Both the position numbers and the translations under genes were made by a program. Under the pieces are notes generated by a model, which saw nothing but the letters and a program-made list of their open reading frames with translations, had not been told where the DNA came from and searched no databases. From Octopus vulgaris (lineage: Eukaryota), in NCBI GenBank assembly GCA_951406725.2, contig OX597818.1, positions 145,700,001 through 145,764,000 on the forward strand: 64,000 nt of DNA. The letters are read 5' to 3'. Within the stretch, counting starts at the first letter, position 1; the number at the start of each line of letters is the position of its first letter. Shown here piece by piece: positions 1-15,902 of the stretch.

Positions 1-1118
1 TACATCTCAGAAGTTTAAGGACTCCATTGACTACTTTGTTCATTAGGTATTTTGTAGTCATTTCCTAATTTTCGATTACAAACGAATAACAATTGAGACG
101 TGAAGAGACAAATCTGTTACGAGTGCAACAGAAGCTACAGTTCATGTTGAATTAGTACCATACATAAGTTTATGAAAGACATACACGTAGAACATTTTGG
201 GGATTTCTTTTTTCGAATTTTGTTGAGGTACGCTATCCTAGCAGTGCATGTTTGTATGGATGGATGAATGGTTGCATGATGTACCAATATCCTAGCGCCT
301 CCGTTAGCCAAGATTAACCATGCATCTGCACATGAATGCATCTGTGCATGCAAGGCTCTCCTCTCCACACTAGAGGTGCTTATCGAAGGGAAAGGTCACT
401 GACTTAAGCCATTACAATTTTCCTACAGTCTCATGGCAGATATTTCTGTCAGAATGCAAGAACCATAGCTGTTTCCGCAAGGAATCATACCCAGCATTCT
501 AATAGCTCTATCAATCGCCCTCTCACAGTTGATAACTTATTATCGATCCCGAAAGGATGAAAGTAAATTTGACCGTAATGGGATTTCAATCTAAAGTCCT
601 GAACGTTGGAATACCCACGAGAGATTCTATCCAATGCTCAAACTACTCTGACAGTTCATTTTCTATATGTGCGCGTATGTGTGTGTATGTATTTACATGT
701 TTATGTGTGTGTAAGAATATATACATAAAAGTGCATTCAGCATAAGCTGTGGAGGCCAAATATTTGTATTTGCATTTTGTGACTTAAATTGGCTTTAGTG
801 AAAGATTCACAGGCGTGAAAGCACGTCTGATTTTGCAGAGGCTTTCAATCTAAGGCTTAAATCGATAGCATTTGAATGAAAATAAATGATTTTACATCTA
901 TGGAACTTTGAATAATGCAGATTTAAGTTACAAACTATATCCATCGTTATGAATCCACATTATTGTTATGCAGAGTTTATAAGTTCATAGCTATTACTGA
1001 CAGTTTCACACACGTAAATTACACGAATGATTGACGAAACAACCTCCTTAATACAAGCGGATGATGTATTTGCAATGAGGGTATAACAACACAAATTTGC
1101 ATGATGTGTGTGTATGTT

Positions 1119-1600
1119 TGAGAGAGAGAGAGATAGATAGAGAGAGTGAGTGAGTGAGTGAGTGAGTGAGTGAGTGAGTGAGTGAGTGAGTGAGTGAGTG
1201 AGTGAGTGAGTGAATGAGTGAGTGAATGAGTGAGTGAGTGAGTGAGTGAGTGAGCGAGCGAGTGAGCGAGTGAGTGAGTGAGTGAGTGAGTGAGTGAGTG
1301 AGTGAGTGAGCGAGCGAGTGAGCGAGTGAGTGAGTGAGTGAGTGAGTGAGTGAGTGAGTGAGTGAGTGAGTGAGTGAGTGAGTGAGTGAGTGAATGAGTG
1401 AGTGAGTGATTGAGTGAGTGAGTGAGTGAGTGAGTGAATGAGTGAGTGAGTGAGTGAGTGAGTGAGTGAGTGAGTGAGTGAGCGAGTGAGTGAGCGAGTG
1501 AGTGAGTGAGTGAGTGAGTGAGTGAGTGAGTGGGTGATTGAGAGGGTGAATGAGTGGGTGAAAGAGTGAGTGGGTGAATGAGTGGGTGAGTGAGTAGGTG
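1119..1600. repeat. (GAGT)n microsatellite
   Basis: Directly visible; a second (GAGT)n tract lies at 28161-28280. Confidence 0.98.
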
Positions 1601-4600
1601 AGTGTGTTGTGTGTGTTGCTCATTGGCAGGGTCATGGATCATGAGAGCCTAAGACACATTGTTATGTGGTGATTGTTTAGGCTATGTGCGTCTGCGTAGC
1701 CAACATTGCCTTTTATCCTTTCAGGACCAATAAATAAAGCACTGACCCTGTACTGGGTTAAATTTCACTCATACTGTATCTATTTCTTTCTGTCTGACTC
1801 TTTCTCGCCATCTAAAAGGGATTGACTGTGATTAGATACGGAGAGGAGTGAGCCTCACCGGGTCTAGATATGCCCAAGACGCAGTATGTTACGATGGCAT
1901 CTTTGTGACTTCAAAGAGTAAAAGGCTCCTGGCATCACACACACACACACACACACACACAAATACACATACATTCAGTGGGGAAAGCTCTGTTTTGTGC
2001 GTGCATGCGGGTGGGCGTGCACGCGCGTGTATAAGTGGGTGCAGGATGTTAAAGCGCATTGAACCTTCTCTTATGAGGCATCTATTCCGATTACAATGCT
2101 GGCCTAAATTAGAATTCTTTCAAGTAACTTATCATACACCACTCGAATCCCTGTTTCAAGAAGTCAGTAAACGTTAAAAAACTAACGATATTGGACCTTG
2201 CTCACACAGATCACCACTGGAAGTTTTGATTTCTAGTTATAATATTTGGGGATATTAGTGTGGTTTCTTTTCGAACACTCAAGAAAGTTGTCGTATCATA
2301 CAGTAACTATGTTTTTCCAATCGCTCTACTAATATTATTAGAAATGTATTAAGAGAGAAAAGAATCACCTTGGCTGAAAGTAAAACTGTATAAGCTTCCT
2401 TATTGGAAATTCGTGAGATTATATCACTGACACTACCTTTTTGTGAATCATTTAACTTCCTTTTTACTCGAAAATGGATTCATGTTTTCATTCTATCCAG
2501 ACAATTAGTTATAAATGTGCTGCAACATCATTGCAACATTGATGTTGTTTTGTTCATACACAGTCAAATTTTGTGAGATGGGACACCTTCAAAAGGTGGG
2601 AAACAATAATCAATTTCAACCAAAGAAAACAGACACAAATTAAATATCTAGAGCACCTGCACACCCTTCCCTACAAATATTGCCAACAACATTGATACAA
2701 CAATACCGTAACAAGATGTGATACTACTGTAATATTGTCTCCACACTTCCTCTTGCAGTTTATTGTAAATAATGGGCACAAACTTAGTTGTGACATTATG
2801 ATGTTCGCTTCGTAGCGAAATGGTTTGGGTTGCAATCTCCTGCGCGGAAACTTGGACAAGTATCATATACCATAGCTTCGAGATGACCAAAGGCTTTTAG
2901 ATGAAATTTGGTAGACAGGAGTTGAGTGGAAACCATCAGAAGAATTGTCCCTAATAAAGACCATGTCTCTTTCCAAGCCGTATCTCATGATGGGATTTGA
3001 ACTCGGAATTGCAAAACAATACACATTCGTCATTCTATACAGTACTGCTGTTGCTTAGAACAGTGATCATTTGTCTAAACACGGTATCTCTTTATATTTC
3101 GGTTACGGAGGGTCAAATGTTTTTATCAGAAACATAGTGCAATGATTGTATACCGGCGTTCTGCATACATCCTTTTCTATATGTACTCTGTCAACTTACT
3201 CCCGCTGCAACTACCTTTGTCACTCGTCCTAGATTCTATTTAGGCCGCTATACAACATTCATTCTTCTTTTCTCTCTTATTGTTACCTATTTTCCTCATC
3301 TTTATGTATAACAATGTATAACAATATTCTCCTCCTTTTTCACTATATCAATAGTTTTTTACTCTTTCACCTTGCCTACCATCGCTCACACAATCATACA
3401 TACTCTCCCCCTCTTCTGGCTTACTCTTTTGCCCTTTCTCGTACCTAAACATACTCATTCTCCTATCTAGCTAGTGTTTTCTCTTACTCTATCGCTCTCT
3501 GTCACACACACTTTAGATCTCTCTCATTCGGCTTTCTCGAATATACATATACAAACAGAGTTAATACCTTTCACTCACTCTGCCTTAACTTTCCATTTGG
3601 AAAATAAATCCCAGTTATTCTCCCCGAGAAAGCACCGATCAATTCAAGAGAAAATGTAGAGCATTTCAGTCGTAATAAAGATTTCTTACATTAGCAAAAT
3701 GCCACATATATCTGCAGGTAAGTGGCACAGTCAGTTCATGTGGCTACAGTGCATGTATTCCTACTTATTTCATTGCCCCATGAGTGATGAAAAGAAAGTC
3801 CCAGTGGGAATTGAACATAGAACAGAGAATTATAGAGCTAAATACTTTTAGCCAATTTCCGCGGTTACTTCACAAATTCTACTAAAAATAAATTGTAACA
3901 TTAGCACACAGCCACAAATTTTGTCCAGAGGGTATTTCTGATGGGGATTCGACTAGTTTCCCCTAACTACTTCAATAGTACTTATTTCATCAGCCCCAGA
4001 AAATTTGAATTCTGAAAGTAAAAGGACGCAACAAGGAATTTTGTTCAGCGCTCAACCGTTATCACTCCTCTCTCTCTCTCTCTCTCTCTGTCTTTTAAAG
4101 ATTCTTATTTCTTATTTCTTTTTCTTTTTCTCCTCTACTCCTTACATATTGCTGTCTGTCTGATTTTCTCTCTCCCTCTTTCTCTCTCTCTCTCTCTCTC
4201 ACCATTCTTCTTCTCATTCACTTTTAGAGACTTTCATTCGTTTACTTTTCTCTCTCATTCTTCTAAATCAATTTCGTTTTTTTCATCTTCCTTTCCCTTC
4301 TACTTTTCCAATATTTTCCTTCTTCTCTCATTCTCGATCTCACTTTTTATGTCTGACTTTTTTCTATTTTCCTCTCCGCCTTATCATTTTCTCTTTCTTC
4401 ATATCGTCTCACCCCCCCCCCCCCCCCTGTCTTTCACTTCTTCATCTACGTTGATCCCAGAACATCCCTTTTTTTCCCTCCAACTCTATATCTATCCACT
4501 CAACCCTCCACCACTGCAACTACTACCTTATATATCTACCGATCATTCTTACTCGCTATTTATCTTCCACCCATTCTTTATCAATCTATTTTTCTTTACC

Positions 4601-5133
4601 CCCCCCCTCTCTCTATCGCTCACAAGGTATATATATGTGCATGTGTGTATGGGTGCCGTTGTTTATCCGTCTATCAATCTGCTTTGCTCTTTCTACATTC
4701 ATCTAGTCATACTTCTATATATTTATCTCTCCATCTATTACTTAACCTCTCTTGCTTTCTCTCCTCCACATACACACATACACACACACACTCTCTCTCA
4801 CTCACTCTTTCTTTCTTTCTTTCTGTATGTCTCTATCTTTCTCTCTCTCTCACACTTCCCCTTCTCTCTCTCTCTCTTTCGTCTCTCTCTCTCTCTCTTT
4901 CGTCTCTCTCTCTCTTTCGTCTCTCTCTCTCTCTCTCTATTTATGATCTCTCCCCAGTGTTTATTTCTTTATATAAAAGACACCCAGAATATCCTAGCGT
5001 CCTAAGATCCTAGATGAATGAATAATAAGCCGTAGATTTATGTATTCCAGCCTTCTGGCGTTCTCATCACTATATATGGTGCCAAAGCGAAAGCGAATCA
5101 CTACCAAGCTTGCTACCCCTGATTCGTCTGACC

Positions 5134-5145
5134 ATCTATCTATCC

Positions 5146-5219
<74 letters not shown>

Positions 5220-5343
5220 TTCTTTCCATTTACGATCCCTTTTGATCGAAAACCAAACCCCCTTCTTTTACCCCCAAAAGAAAAGCTCTACCTTGTAATT
5301 TTGTCCTGTCTGTGTGCAGCCCTGTGTAGCTAATAAAGAAACA

Positions 5344-5413
<70 letters not shown>

Positions 5414-5461
5414 CCTACCTACCTACCTACCTACCTATCTATCTATCTATCTATCTACTTG

Positions 5462-5537
<76 letters not shown>

Positions 5538-5570
5538 AATACCTGCCTACCTACCTACCTACCTACCTAC

Positions 5571-5604
<34 letters not shown>

Positions 5605-5650
5605 GTCTGTCTGTCTGTCTATCTATCTACCTACCTACCTACCTACTTAC

Positions 5651-5708
<58 letters not shown>

Positions 5709-5758
5709 GTCTGTCTGTCTGTCTATCTATCTACCTACCTACCTACCTACCTACCTAC

Positions 5759-5819
<61 letters not shown>

Positions 5820-5820
5820 A
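5134..5820. repeat. (CTAT)n/(CTAC)n/(CTGT)n compound microsatellite in two blocks
   Basis: Directly visible. Confidence 0.97.
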
Positions 5821-6294
5821 AATTATATGTCTGTCTTTCTATGTGTCTGTGTTTCTGTAGGTCAATCTGTAATTCTGCTGATCATCTTTTACCCATCGAT
5901 CTGTCTGCTCTGCTTTGAAATAGATAGTTCTGAATATATATGTGAGTGTACATGTATGTATGTATATATGCAGAAATATAAACCAGGAAGTGTCTATACA
6001 TATTTGTGTGTCTGTCTAAATGCCTCTCTGTCCCTCTGTCTGCCTGCTTGTCTGGTCATCTATCTATCTACTTTTCTAGCTATGTGTCATTTTATATATT
6101 GGTTTCAAATTTTGGCACAAAGCCAGCAATTTCGGGGTGTGTGATGAGTCAATTTCAACGACCCTAGTACTTAGCTGGTACCTATTTCATCCACCGCGAT
6201 TTGATGAAAAGCAAAGTCGACTCCGACGATATTTGTGTCGTTTTGTATATTAAAATGTATCAAGTGTCACTCACCATTTCGTACATGTATAATA

Positions 6295-6818
6295 TATGTA
6301 TGTATGTATGTATGCATGTATGTATGTATGTATGTATGTATGTATGTATGTATGTATGTATGTATGTATGTATGTATGTATGTATATATGTATGTATATA
6401 TGTATGTATGTATGTATGTATATATGTATGTATGTATATATGTATGTATGTATATATGTATGTATGTATGTATGTATGTGTGTATGTATGTATGTATGTA
6501 TGTATGCATGCATGTATGCATGCATGTATGTATGTATGTATGTATGTATGTATGTATGTATGAGTGTATGTATGTGTGTGTGTATGTATGTATGTATGCA
6601 TGTATGCATGTATGTATGTATATATGTATGTATGCATGGATGCATGCATGTATGTATGTAAATATTTTTATACGGATGTATGTATGTATATTACACAATC
6701 CGATCTGCAATAGAGTTCAATCTATTTACAGCTATCTATCGAATTAGCTAGATATATATGTAAGTATGTATGTAGTTATGTAGGAATGCAAATATATACG
6801 CATACAAGCATGTATAAA

Positions 6819-6849
<31 letters not shown>

Positions 6850-7020
6850 TGTATGTACGTAAGCATATATGTATATGTATTTTTTTTACGTATGTATGTA
6901 TGTCTATACGTATGTATGTAAGTATGCATGTGTGTATTTATGTATGTATGCATGTATGTATGTATGCATGTATGTATGTATGTATGTGTGTATGTATGTA
7001 TGTATGCATGTATGTGTATC
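6295..7020. repeat. (TATG)n microsatellite
   Basis: Directly visible. Confidence 0.97.
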
Positions 7021-7511
7021 TGTCTGTCAGTTTATTGCTTTTGTGAGTCTGTATTGCTCTATTAATTAATATTCTACTGATAGCAAGTTCTACTTTGCAT
7101 TACATCTCTCTCTTCCTCTCTCTCTCACTCACTTTCTCTCTCTCTTCCCCTCTCTCTTTTCCTCTCTCTCTCTCACTTTTTCTCTCTCTCTTCCCCCCTC
7201 TCTCTCTCACTCCCTCTCTTTCAGAATACTTCATCTCTTTTTTTCATCTTTCTCCATCTAGTCTTTTACAAGTCTTGTCTCATCTTCTCTCAGCACACTT
7301 TATTTTATAATATTTTCATATCAGCGTACACATGAGCAGACACACATACATTTGCACGCACACACATACAGAAAAGGTGGGAGAGACAGAATGAGAGTGA
7401 GAGAGAGAGAGAGTGAGAGAAAGAGAGAAAGAGAGAGAGAGAGAGACTGGAATGCGAATATGTATATCATATATATATATATATAGTATCTCTATGTAGA
7501 CCAGTTTCCAT

Positions 7512-7770
7512 ATACGCATGCGTATCAGTTGAGCGTTTCCTTCCTTCCAATGGTGTTGATGTGACACCTTCTGCAACTGCATCGAATAAAAAAGGACTAA
7601 TGCAGCACTAGAGCAGTTTCTCATGACTGCAGCACTGGAAGACTGGAAACTGTCTGTGTGTAGCAACGAACAGGACAGACTCTACTATTACAACTGCTAA
7701 CACTCATCTCTTCTTTTTCCATTCACATATCCATATTTCGCTTTGTCTCAGGCACACACACGTACACACT

Positions 7771-7803
<33 letters not shown>

Positions 7804-7831
7804 ACGCTCATACATGCGCGCACACACACAG

Positions 7832-7873
<42 letters not shown>

Positions 7874-8076
7874 GCGCTCATACATGCGCGCACACACACA
7901 GAAACACACACACACATACACATGCGCGCGCATACACACGCACAAACATACACGCACATGCACACACACACACTCTCACACACACACAGAACACACACAC
8001 ACATACGTAGGCACACACGTACGTACATACACGGCACTCAATACATATGAAGATGTGAAGCAGCGAAACAGTGAGT
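7512..8076 (+). promoter_or_regulatory. Candidate promoter and non-coding first exon
   Basis: GA-repeat tract upstream, 14-bp palindrome ATACGCATGCGTAT (7512-7525) abutting an Initiator-like TCAGTT (7525-7530), and a consensus donor ACA|GTGAGT at 8071. Motif-level only. Confidence 0.25.
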
Positions 8077-8277
8077 AAGATTCTTAATCGACTTTCGACT
8101 CGATCAAAGGAGCAACCAAATCTTCTACGATAATCTCTCTACCATCTTCGAAATGGGGGTCACCAGTTTTATAGAAAACGAAAAATAAGAACAAAACGCC
8201 TATCATGAATATGAATCTACATAAATGCAGGCAGTCAGACTGATACTTTAACCAGTCTGTCATTTCGTTTCCACACA

Positions 8278-8332
<55 letters not shown>

Positions 8333-9369
8333 ACCCGCACATAGCAAAACCAAATTACTACATTCATTCCCCATTATCATTTGCATATAAGACAGGAACG
8401 ACCCAGTAAGAGATCCTCTTTATTGTCACGTGACCTACTCGATGCACCAGTTACATTTCCCTGATCCACTTAGCTGTCATCATTCAAATGGGGAATCAAA
8501 CGTGGGTTAACTCTATTGATTTGTAAATTTGAGTCATAGATCTTATCACCCCGCAATGAAAACAACACTTGGGTGGTTAAATCGCTGGTTATATAACTAA
8601 GTTCAAACTAAGCTAATGTGCTTCGTTTTTCTTCAAATAAGGATGTTTTTCGCAGGAGTGCAGGGGCGCAGGGTTGCCACGTCTGACTAATTCTAGATTT
8701 CAGTTGGCTATCACCGTGTCAGGCGGGGGGCTACGTTAAAACAATGCTATGTAACCAAGAGCACAAGACTATAACAGAAGTCAAGTAATGGCTCTAGAGC
8801 TGAATGTAAGCTCTCAGCACGCAAAATACTCGATCTGGTTTCTATTCTTGATTATACTTTTTCACTCCAGTTGCGTCGGCAATGACATATAGACGGCTGA
8901 GGTGTCGGTGATTGGAACCTTGTCGTTATGATTGCTTTCTGTGTGTGTGATCAAGATATTTGAAACTTATTTACTTATTTTCATCCAGAATTAAGAAGAT
9001 ACCCTTGGTTCAACATTACAGAATTACCAGTGTTTATTAGCTAATAACAAAGGATCAGGTACTTCTGTGGGCATTGAGAAAGTGTGAAAAGAAACTTTAG
9101 TTTGGGTTTTTCTCCTTCAATACCTCTTTAATGAATTCGTAAAAACGAAAAGAATCAATATCTTGAAGGTACCTTCCTTCTATATATATCAAATGTACAG
9201 TAAGAAATATGGTGTCAGAGGTAATAGGGTGTGTATTGTAGAACGGCAAGTAAAATCCCGGCAAACCCAGTCGCTTGATTCCCTCGGTAAAGGTATGAAT
9301 GCGGCACACATAATTTCATCTGTCACTCATCTACAAGAATCATTCAAGAAAAATCTGCCAAATACATTT

Positions 9370-9429
<60 letters not shown>

Positions 9430-9457
9430 CATATATACGTATATACAACACACACAC

Positions 9458-9504
<47 letters not shown>

Positions 9505-9799
9505 GTATATATGTATATATATATACGCTCACATGCATACACACAAACATAAAAACGCACACATATATATATATATACTTATATGTATATATATACATGC
9601 ATACATACATACATACATACATACATACATACATACATACATACATACATACATACATTCTGTTGGTGTTTACACTGTTGCAGTCTCGAGACGCCTTTCT
9701 AGTTTCCAGCTAATTTTTCATCTCTGCAACAAGTGTTCAGTATCTCGTTCTCCAACTCTGCAAAGCACAAGGAAATTGGATACGAAATCAAAGCACACA

Positions 9800-10900
9800 A
9801 GTAGTGTAGTTAGACTTGATTTATCTTTATGGATCGTTGTCTATCATACATTTTTCTTATTAGGTACAGTATCCCTTCTACAATGAAACTGAGTAGGCTC
9901 TAACTTAGTTATTCACATTATTGTAACGATTTGCACCGTGTACTCTAAACCTTAATCCAACTCTGAAGGAATTTGTTGTCGGATAAAACATCAAATTAGA
10001 TCATGTAAAGCATCTAAGTTGGGTCATATTATTTGCTTTGCTCCATCTATACTGCAGGGTAAAATGTTACTCTATGGTAATGTCTATAGTGAAATTAAGG
10101 GAGTTCATGCCTTTCCGAAACATATTAACGTGCAGCTAGAATTAATTTGCTACAAGGAAAATTAACTTGCTACAAGAAAAATATTAACGTGCGGCTAGAT
10201 CTAACTTTCTACAAGGAAGGATCGAATCTATTACCAGTTCGTCTCACGTGTGAGACACATACCACTAGAATACGATACATTATGATTTCTTACATTGGCA
10301 TAAAATCATAGATTTGTGGCAAGTGTATCTAACCAAGTATAAGACAGGTAATATCTAATACGACTTCGGAGAAATAAAAGGCAAAGTAATTTTGACAAGA
10401 TTTGAAGTTTAGCAATGAAGGAACCAAACAAAATTCTCCAAATAATTTCATTCGATAGTCGCCCATTTCTGCCACTTCTTAACTCTAATAAAATATCTAC
10501 TCCGTGAAGCATGTTCGTTTACAAATCTGTAAATTATTAGGGCATTTCTGTTTCTGACCCTGATGTCACGAAGACCCTGGTTGACAGAAAGTTGTAATCA
10601 TCGGAGTATTCAAAGAGTATAGATTTCCATTGTGTTCTATGTAGTGTTGATCGAATATTTAGAAATTATAGTTGAGAAATACGAACATAGGGTCCTATTT
10701 ATCATTATGATTATATTCAGCAGTAAAAGAGACCAACTTTTTTAGTCGTTACGATGTGTTTATGTTTTTATGACAATACTAAATTCAAGATGTCTGATAC
10801 ACGAACTTTCTTAATTTCGCCAGAGAACTCAGAGCTGAAGTTGATAGAAATGCCTGAGCTTCTATTTATTATGCTTTGTTCTGAAGCCGAAACAGTGACC
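9800..10900 (+). mobile_element. Possible very old Penelope-like remnant
   Basis: Weak blocks VIHIIVTICT and IISFDSRPFLP..NKISTP*SMFVYK resemble the PLE thumb and the start of GIY-YIG; truncated CTGAAG-CC-GAAA at ~10881. Confidence 0.3.
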
Positions 10901-12641
10901 TAATTCTTGTTTGCACCCATTGTTTCACTACAACTCACAATCGTATTTCTTATTCTAGGAGTGCATGAGTTATCCAAGAAATAAAATAAAATGCAAAAGA
11001 TTGGTAAAGGCTATTGAAACAAAATACTTTTAAACCAAATGGCAACGATATGACTAGCTCTGTAAATTTATTGGTTTATTAAAAATTCATTTAAAGACCC
11101 AGCCTTCAAAAAATAAATTACACTGGAGATGATTCCCATTGTCTTCTCTACATCTATATAAATTCACACTAGAAAATTGACAAAACAACCGTCAAATTTA
11201 CAGTGCTGCCGCTGCCAGCAGTACTGAGCTATTTACAGCGAATTTATGCTTTAGGTTGAGAACTAAATACCTTCACCTCGATACGAAGACTTACTCTGAT
11301 GGCTCGTTGTCGTACATCCTATAGACACCCACCTTCTCCAGAGCTATTTACCAAGATGTGTTTATATACGTCAGTCTGGGTTCAGTTTCTTATTTTAAAA
11401 TTTTCTGCATTTAATTATGACTTACCTAATTCCTGAAAAGCCAAAGAAAATTAGGCGCTACATTTTGTAAAAGAATAGAGAATATTCGTATTAATGGCAT
11501 GGATGAAATAAAAAAACTGAAACCACTTCGTTCCATTAAAGCTTATTTCTAACTTTTATAAAACAAGCAAATAGTTTAATATAAAAAATTAAACTAAGGT
11601 AAGAAGTTTAATCGAATATCTTACAAAATTAACAAATCATATCAAACTCAAATAATTAAAATACATCAGCAACTGGTTTAATCGGTTCAAAGAAAAACTG
11701 TTATTATTTACAGCTTAATAACAAATGAAAGTAAAGTACAGAACAAGATAAGCAACTAAACAGTATCATAAAACAACAAAAGAACAGTAGTTTTCTGACA
11801 ATATAATGTTGACAACAGATTTCAATTTAAATATTATTTAAATTTCTGACACAATAATAGGCAATTATAAATCCGTTCTATTAGGAATTCAATTTAAACA
11901 TACACCCTCTCACATAAACACAAACAAAAAAGTACAAATACATAGATGCACACGTAGATACACCACATCAACAAATATTCACATAAATAAGCAACAGAAA
12001 CATACACACACAAACAAACAAACACATGCCTACAAACTCAAGAATCGCACAGAGGTGCGCACAGAGGCACGCATAGAAATACGTATGCACAAAGCAACAA
12101 AGGCAAATATAATACGCATATAAACTCATTCACACAAACACACAGGAACACACAGACACACACAGACACACACACAAACAAAGAAACATCACATACATAA
12201 CAATTAAAACAAAAACGAACAAAGAGTAGAGCAAGTAAGGGAAATACTCTTACGATCTTATCCCATAGACGTGTGTAACATCTGCTTTTGAGCCCTTCTA
12301 AGTTTTCTATGTTATTTATTGATCAGCTTCATATGGAATATTTCAAATGAATGCTGTTAGAGTTGTTATTATTGCTCTTGTTATTGTTGATATTGCTGCT
12401 AATATTGTTGTTGCTAATGATAATAAATAGTGATAATGATGTTGTAAAGAGATTTGTTATTATTTTTAATTAGCCTCTTGGCGTGATTATTTTGATTACT
12501 GGTATTCGAATTATTAATATTCGAATTAAGTGTTATTATATCATTATTGTTATTAGTTTTAAATTTCTGAGTCACTCCCCCACCTCTATTTGTAACCAGC
12601 TCCTATAATATCTCTTATCTCCCACCCTTATAGCAATGATG

Positions 12642-12814
<173 letters not shown>

Positions 12815-13957
12815 GTTCCCATCATCATCATAATAATTATTATTATCGTTCCCATCATCATCATAATAATTATTATTATTGTCATCATCATCATTAACTT
12901 TCTCTGCCGCCTCCTCGTTATCAGAATGAAGAATTCTTTTTTTAAATATTTAAAAATTAATATATATAAACGATAAATAGATATACAAAAATTAATAAAT
13001 AAATTAGTACCAAAATTTTAAAAATAACACATACAAACACATCCATTAAACAAATTAATAAATTATTCAAACTATATAAAACTTCGACAATGTATGAAAA
13101 AAAAGCATCTGCTTTGCTTCAACTTGAATATCACAACACAAGTAGTTTGTTTTATTTTCCATTTGTCCATTTTTGCCCGACCGATGAGAGAAAGAAGAAA
13201 TCGTATTTGGTGTTTTAATGCTCATGGGTTTCCTCTTTCTTTTTTATAGTCATTTTCGTCTTTTTGACGTGGTCCATGTTACCTTGACAACACGGTGCAT
13301 TAGATCATTTCATTAGTAATTAATAGAAGGAAGAATTTTTGTTAGCAACCACGTTACAGCAAGAATTCAATATGGACACACTCGCACGTGCACACTTATA
13401 TGTATATATGTATGCATGTATGTATGGATGTATGTATGGATGGATGGATGGATGGATGGATGGATGGATGGATGGATGGATGGATGGATGTTTGTTTGTA
13501 TGTATGTATCGGGGATGTGCCGCCTGGGTAGGCAAGGTAGGCAGTGCCTACCCTGATAAAATAAATCGATAGTAACATTTTCCTTTTATGGCAAAATATG
13601 TACCTAATTCAAAAGAATTATGAAGGCTACTCTGATTATTATGCATAAAATGCAAAATATCTTATTTTTCAGTAGATTAAGTAGACATAATTCGCCCCTA
13701 CCTTTCAATTTCAGTATTAAAACTACATATAGTACTGCTGTAGTATACGTGGTGCGTCCATTCCTATAACTACGTATTCTTCACGCGTTATAAAGTCAGA
13801 AGTAATTCTGCCTCCAACTCAGTCATGTACCTGTGTTTCGCTTATTTTTTTTTTTTGCGTGTTTTACTACATAAACGTCACCAACTGCCTACCCTGAGTA
13901 ATTACTGACGGCAAGTGCCTGGTATGCATGTATATATGTATGTATATGTGTGTGAAC

Positions 13958-13989
<32 letters not shown>

Positions 13990-13994
<5 letters not shown>

Positions 13995-14104
13995 GCCTGC
14001 TCGCTTAGCCAGCGGGGTGGCGTCATTTGAAGGCTATAACAATGCAAAACGCATTGTGACCAGCGATGTGTAGCAACATCTGATAGCCTGGTCGGTCACG
14101 TGAT
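13990..14104 (+). mobile_element. SINE family C 3' fragment
   Basis: TGTTGGCCTGCTCGCTTAGCCAGC..GCCTGGTCGGTCACGTGAT matches ~48531-48654. Confidence 0.85.
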
Positions 14105-14110
14105 TACGTA

Positions 14111-14156
<46 letters not shown>

Positions 14157-14243
14157 ATATGTATGTATAGACAATGAGTGAAAAAATGAGTTAATTGCAG
14201 CGATTGAATTTTTGTACAATGAACTTCGGTATAGTTAATTGCC

Positions 14244-14500
<257 letters not shown>

Positions 14501-14707
14501 TAGAGACTAGATTAAAACCCTCTTACATAATCAGAAGGTTCAACTTTGTAATGCGGCAAGTAAAACCGATTAAATTCACACTAGTTTATGACTGGTATTC
14601 ATTTTGTGATTTTGAAGGAGGTAAAGGTTTAATTTGACAATGGGAAGGATTTACAATATATTCTGCACGGTATTCTACTATTTCTGGTACTAAATAATAC
14701 AATTATA

Positions 14708-15266
14708 TTGGGTTGTCCGGAAAGTTCGTGCCGATTTATAGTAGCTTACTTTTCGACTTATTTTAGAACATGGTTGAGTCCATGAAATAGAATTTGTCTA
14801 CACCTCCATTTAGATCACAGTTTAAGCTATCTTTTCGTGGAAGAAGGTTTATGTTCCTATAACCTGTGTTAATTTTGTAACCCTTTAAAATGGAAGATAA
14901 GAAAGTTCATTTTCGGCACTTGATGCTTTGGGAACCAGACAAAAATAGCTGCAGCTCGGCTGGGATGTGTTTCCCCACCTTCCATATTCACCAGATATTG
15001 CTCCTTCAGATTTCTACTTATTCGGGTCTCTGCAGAATAGTCTTAATGGTAAAAATTTCAATTCCTTGGATGACGTAAAAAGATACCTTGATGAGTTCTT
15101 GAAACCACCTCAGTTCTGGGAAGAGGGTATTTTCAAGTTAAAAGAAATATGGAGACGCATTGTGCAACAAAATGGTTCATATCTGGTTGATTAAAAATGT
15201 AATAGCAAGTACTTATTGACCTTTTCTTTCCTTTAAAAATCGGCACAAACTTTCAGGACAACCCAA
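14708..15266 (+). mobile_element. Internally deleted mariner element (MITE-like)
   Basis: TIRs TTGGGTTGTCCGGAAAGTTCGTGCCGATTT / AAATCGGCACAAACTTTCAGGACAACCCAA with TA on each side; transposase N-terminus MEDKKVHFRHLMLWE joined to C-terminus HLPYSPDIAPSDFYLF..GIFKLKEIWRRIVQQNGSY. Confidence 0.93.
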
Positions 15267-15413
15267 TATCTAATACTCACACACTCACACACATATACGG
15301 ACACAGACACATACACACACACACACACACACGCGCACATACATGTATGCATACACACAAACACACACACACTCGCACGCGCGCGCGCACACACACACAA
15401 ATATATATTCATA

Positions 15414-15846
15414 GGCACAGGCGTGGCTGTGTGGTAAGAAGCTTGCTTCTCAGTCACAAGGTCCCAGGTACAGTTCCACTGCATGGCACCTTGGGCAAGT
15501 GCTTCCTATGGCAAGCTTCGGGCCGATCAAAGCTTTGTGAGGGGATTTGGTAACTAAAACTGAAAGAAGAAACGGAAACTGTAAGAAGCACGTCGTGTAT
15601 GTGTGTGTGTATGCGCGTGTGTCTTTCTGTCTGTGTTTGTCCCCCCCACACACACACACACACCGCTTGACTACTAGTGGTATTGGTGTGCTTGCATCCC
15701 CGTAGCTTAACGGTTCGGCAGGCAAAAGAAACCGATAGAATTAATACGAGGCTTAAAAAGAAGTACTGAGGTCTAGTCATTCGAGACTAAAAATTCAATG
15801 CGGTGTCACATCATGGCCGCAGTTTAATGACTGAAACAAGTAAAAG
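15414..15846 (+). mobile_element. SINE family B (tRNA-derived head, CCTTGGGCAAGT core)
   Basis: GTGGCTGTGTGGTAAG A-box, CCTTGGGCAAGT, internal TG microsatellite, tail ATGACTGAAACAAGTAAAAG; homologous to 59217-59635. Confidence 0.88.

Positions 15847-15902
<56 letters not shown>

Noticed and set aside
8084-8278. Small ORF with a hydrophobic stretch
   Set aside because: Short, lies between CA repeats and overlaps SINE-like debris; hydrophobic runs arise by chance in T-rich DNA.
10123-10220. Short repeated units, also the 31-bp duplication at ~23588-23646, as a CRISPR-like array
   Set aside because: Only 2-3 imperfect adjacent copies without unique spacers; eukaryotic context; simple slippage duplications.
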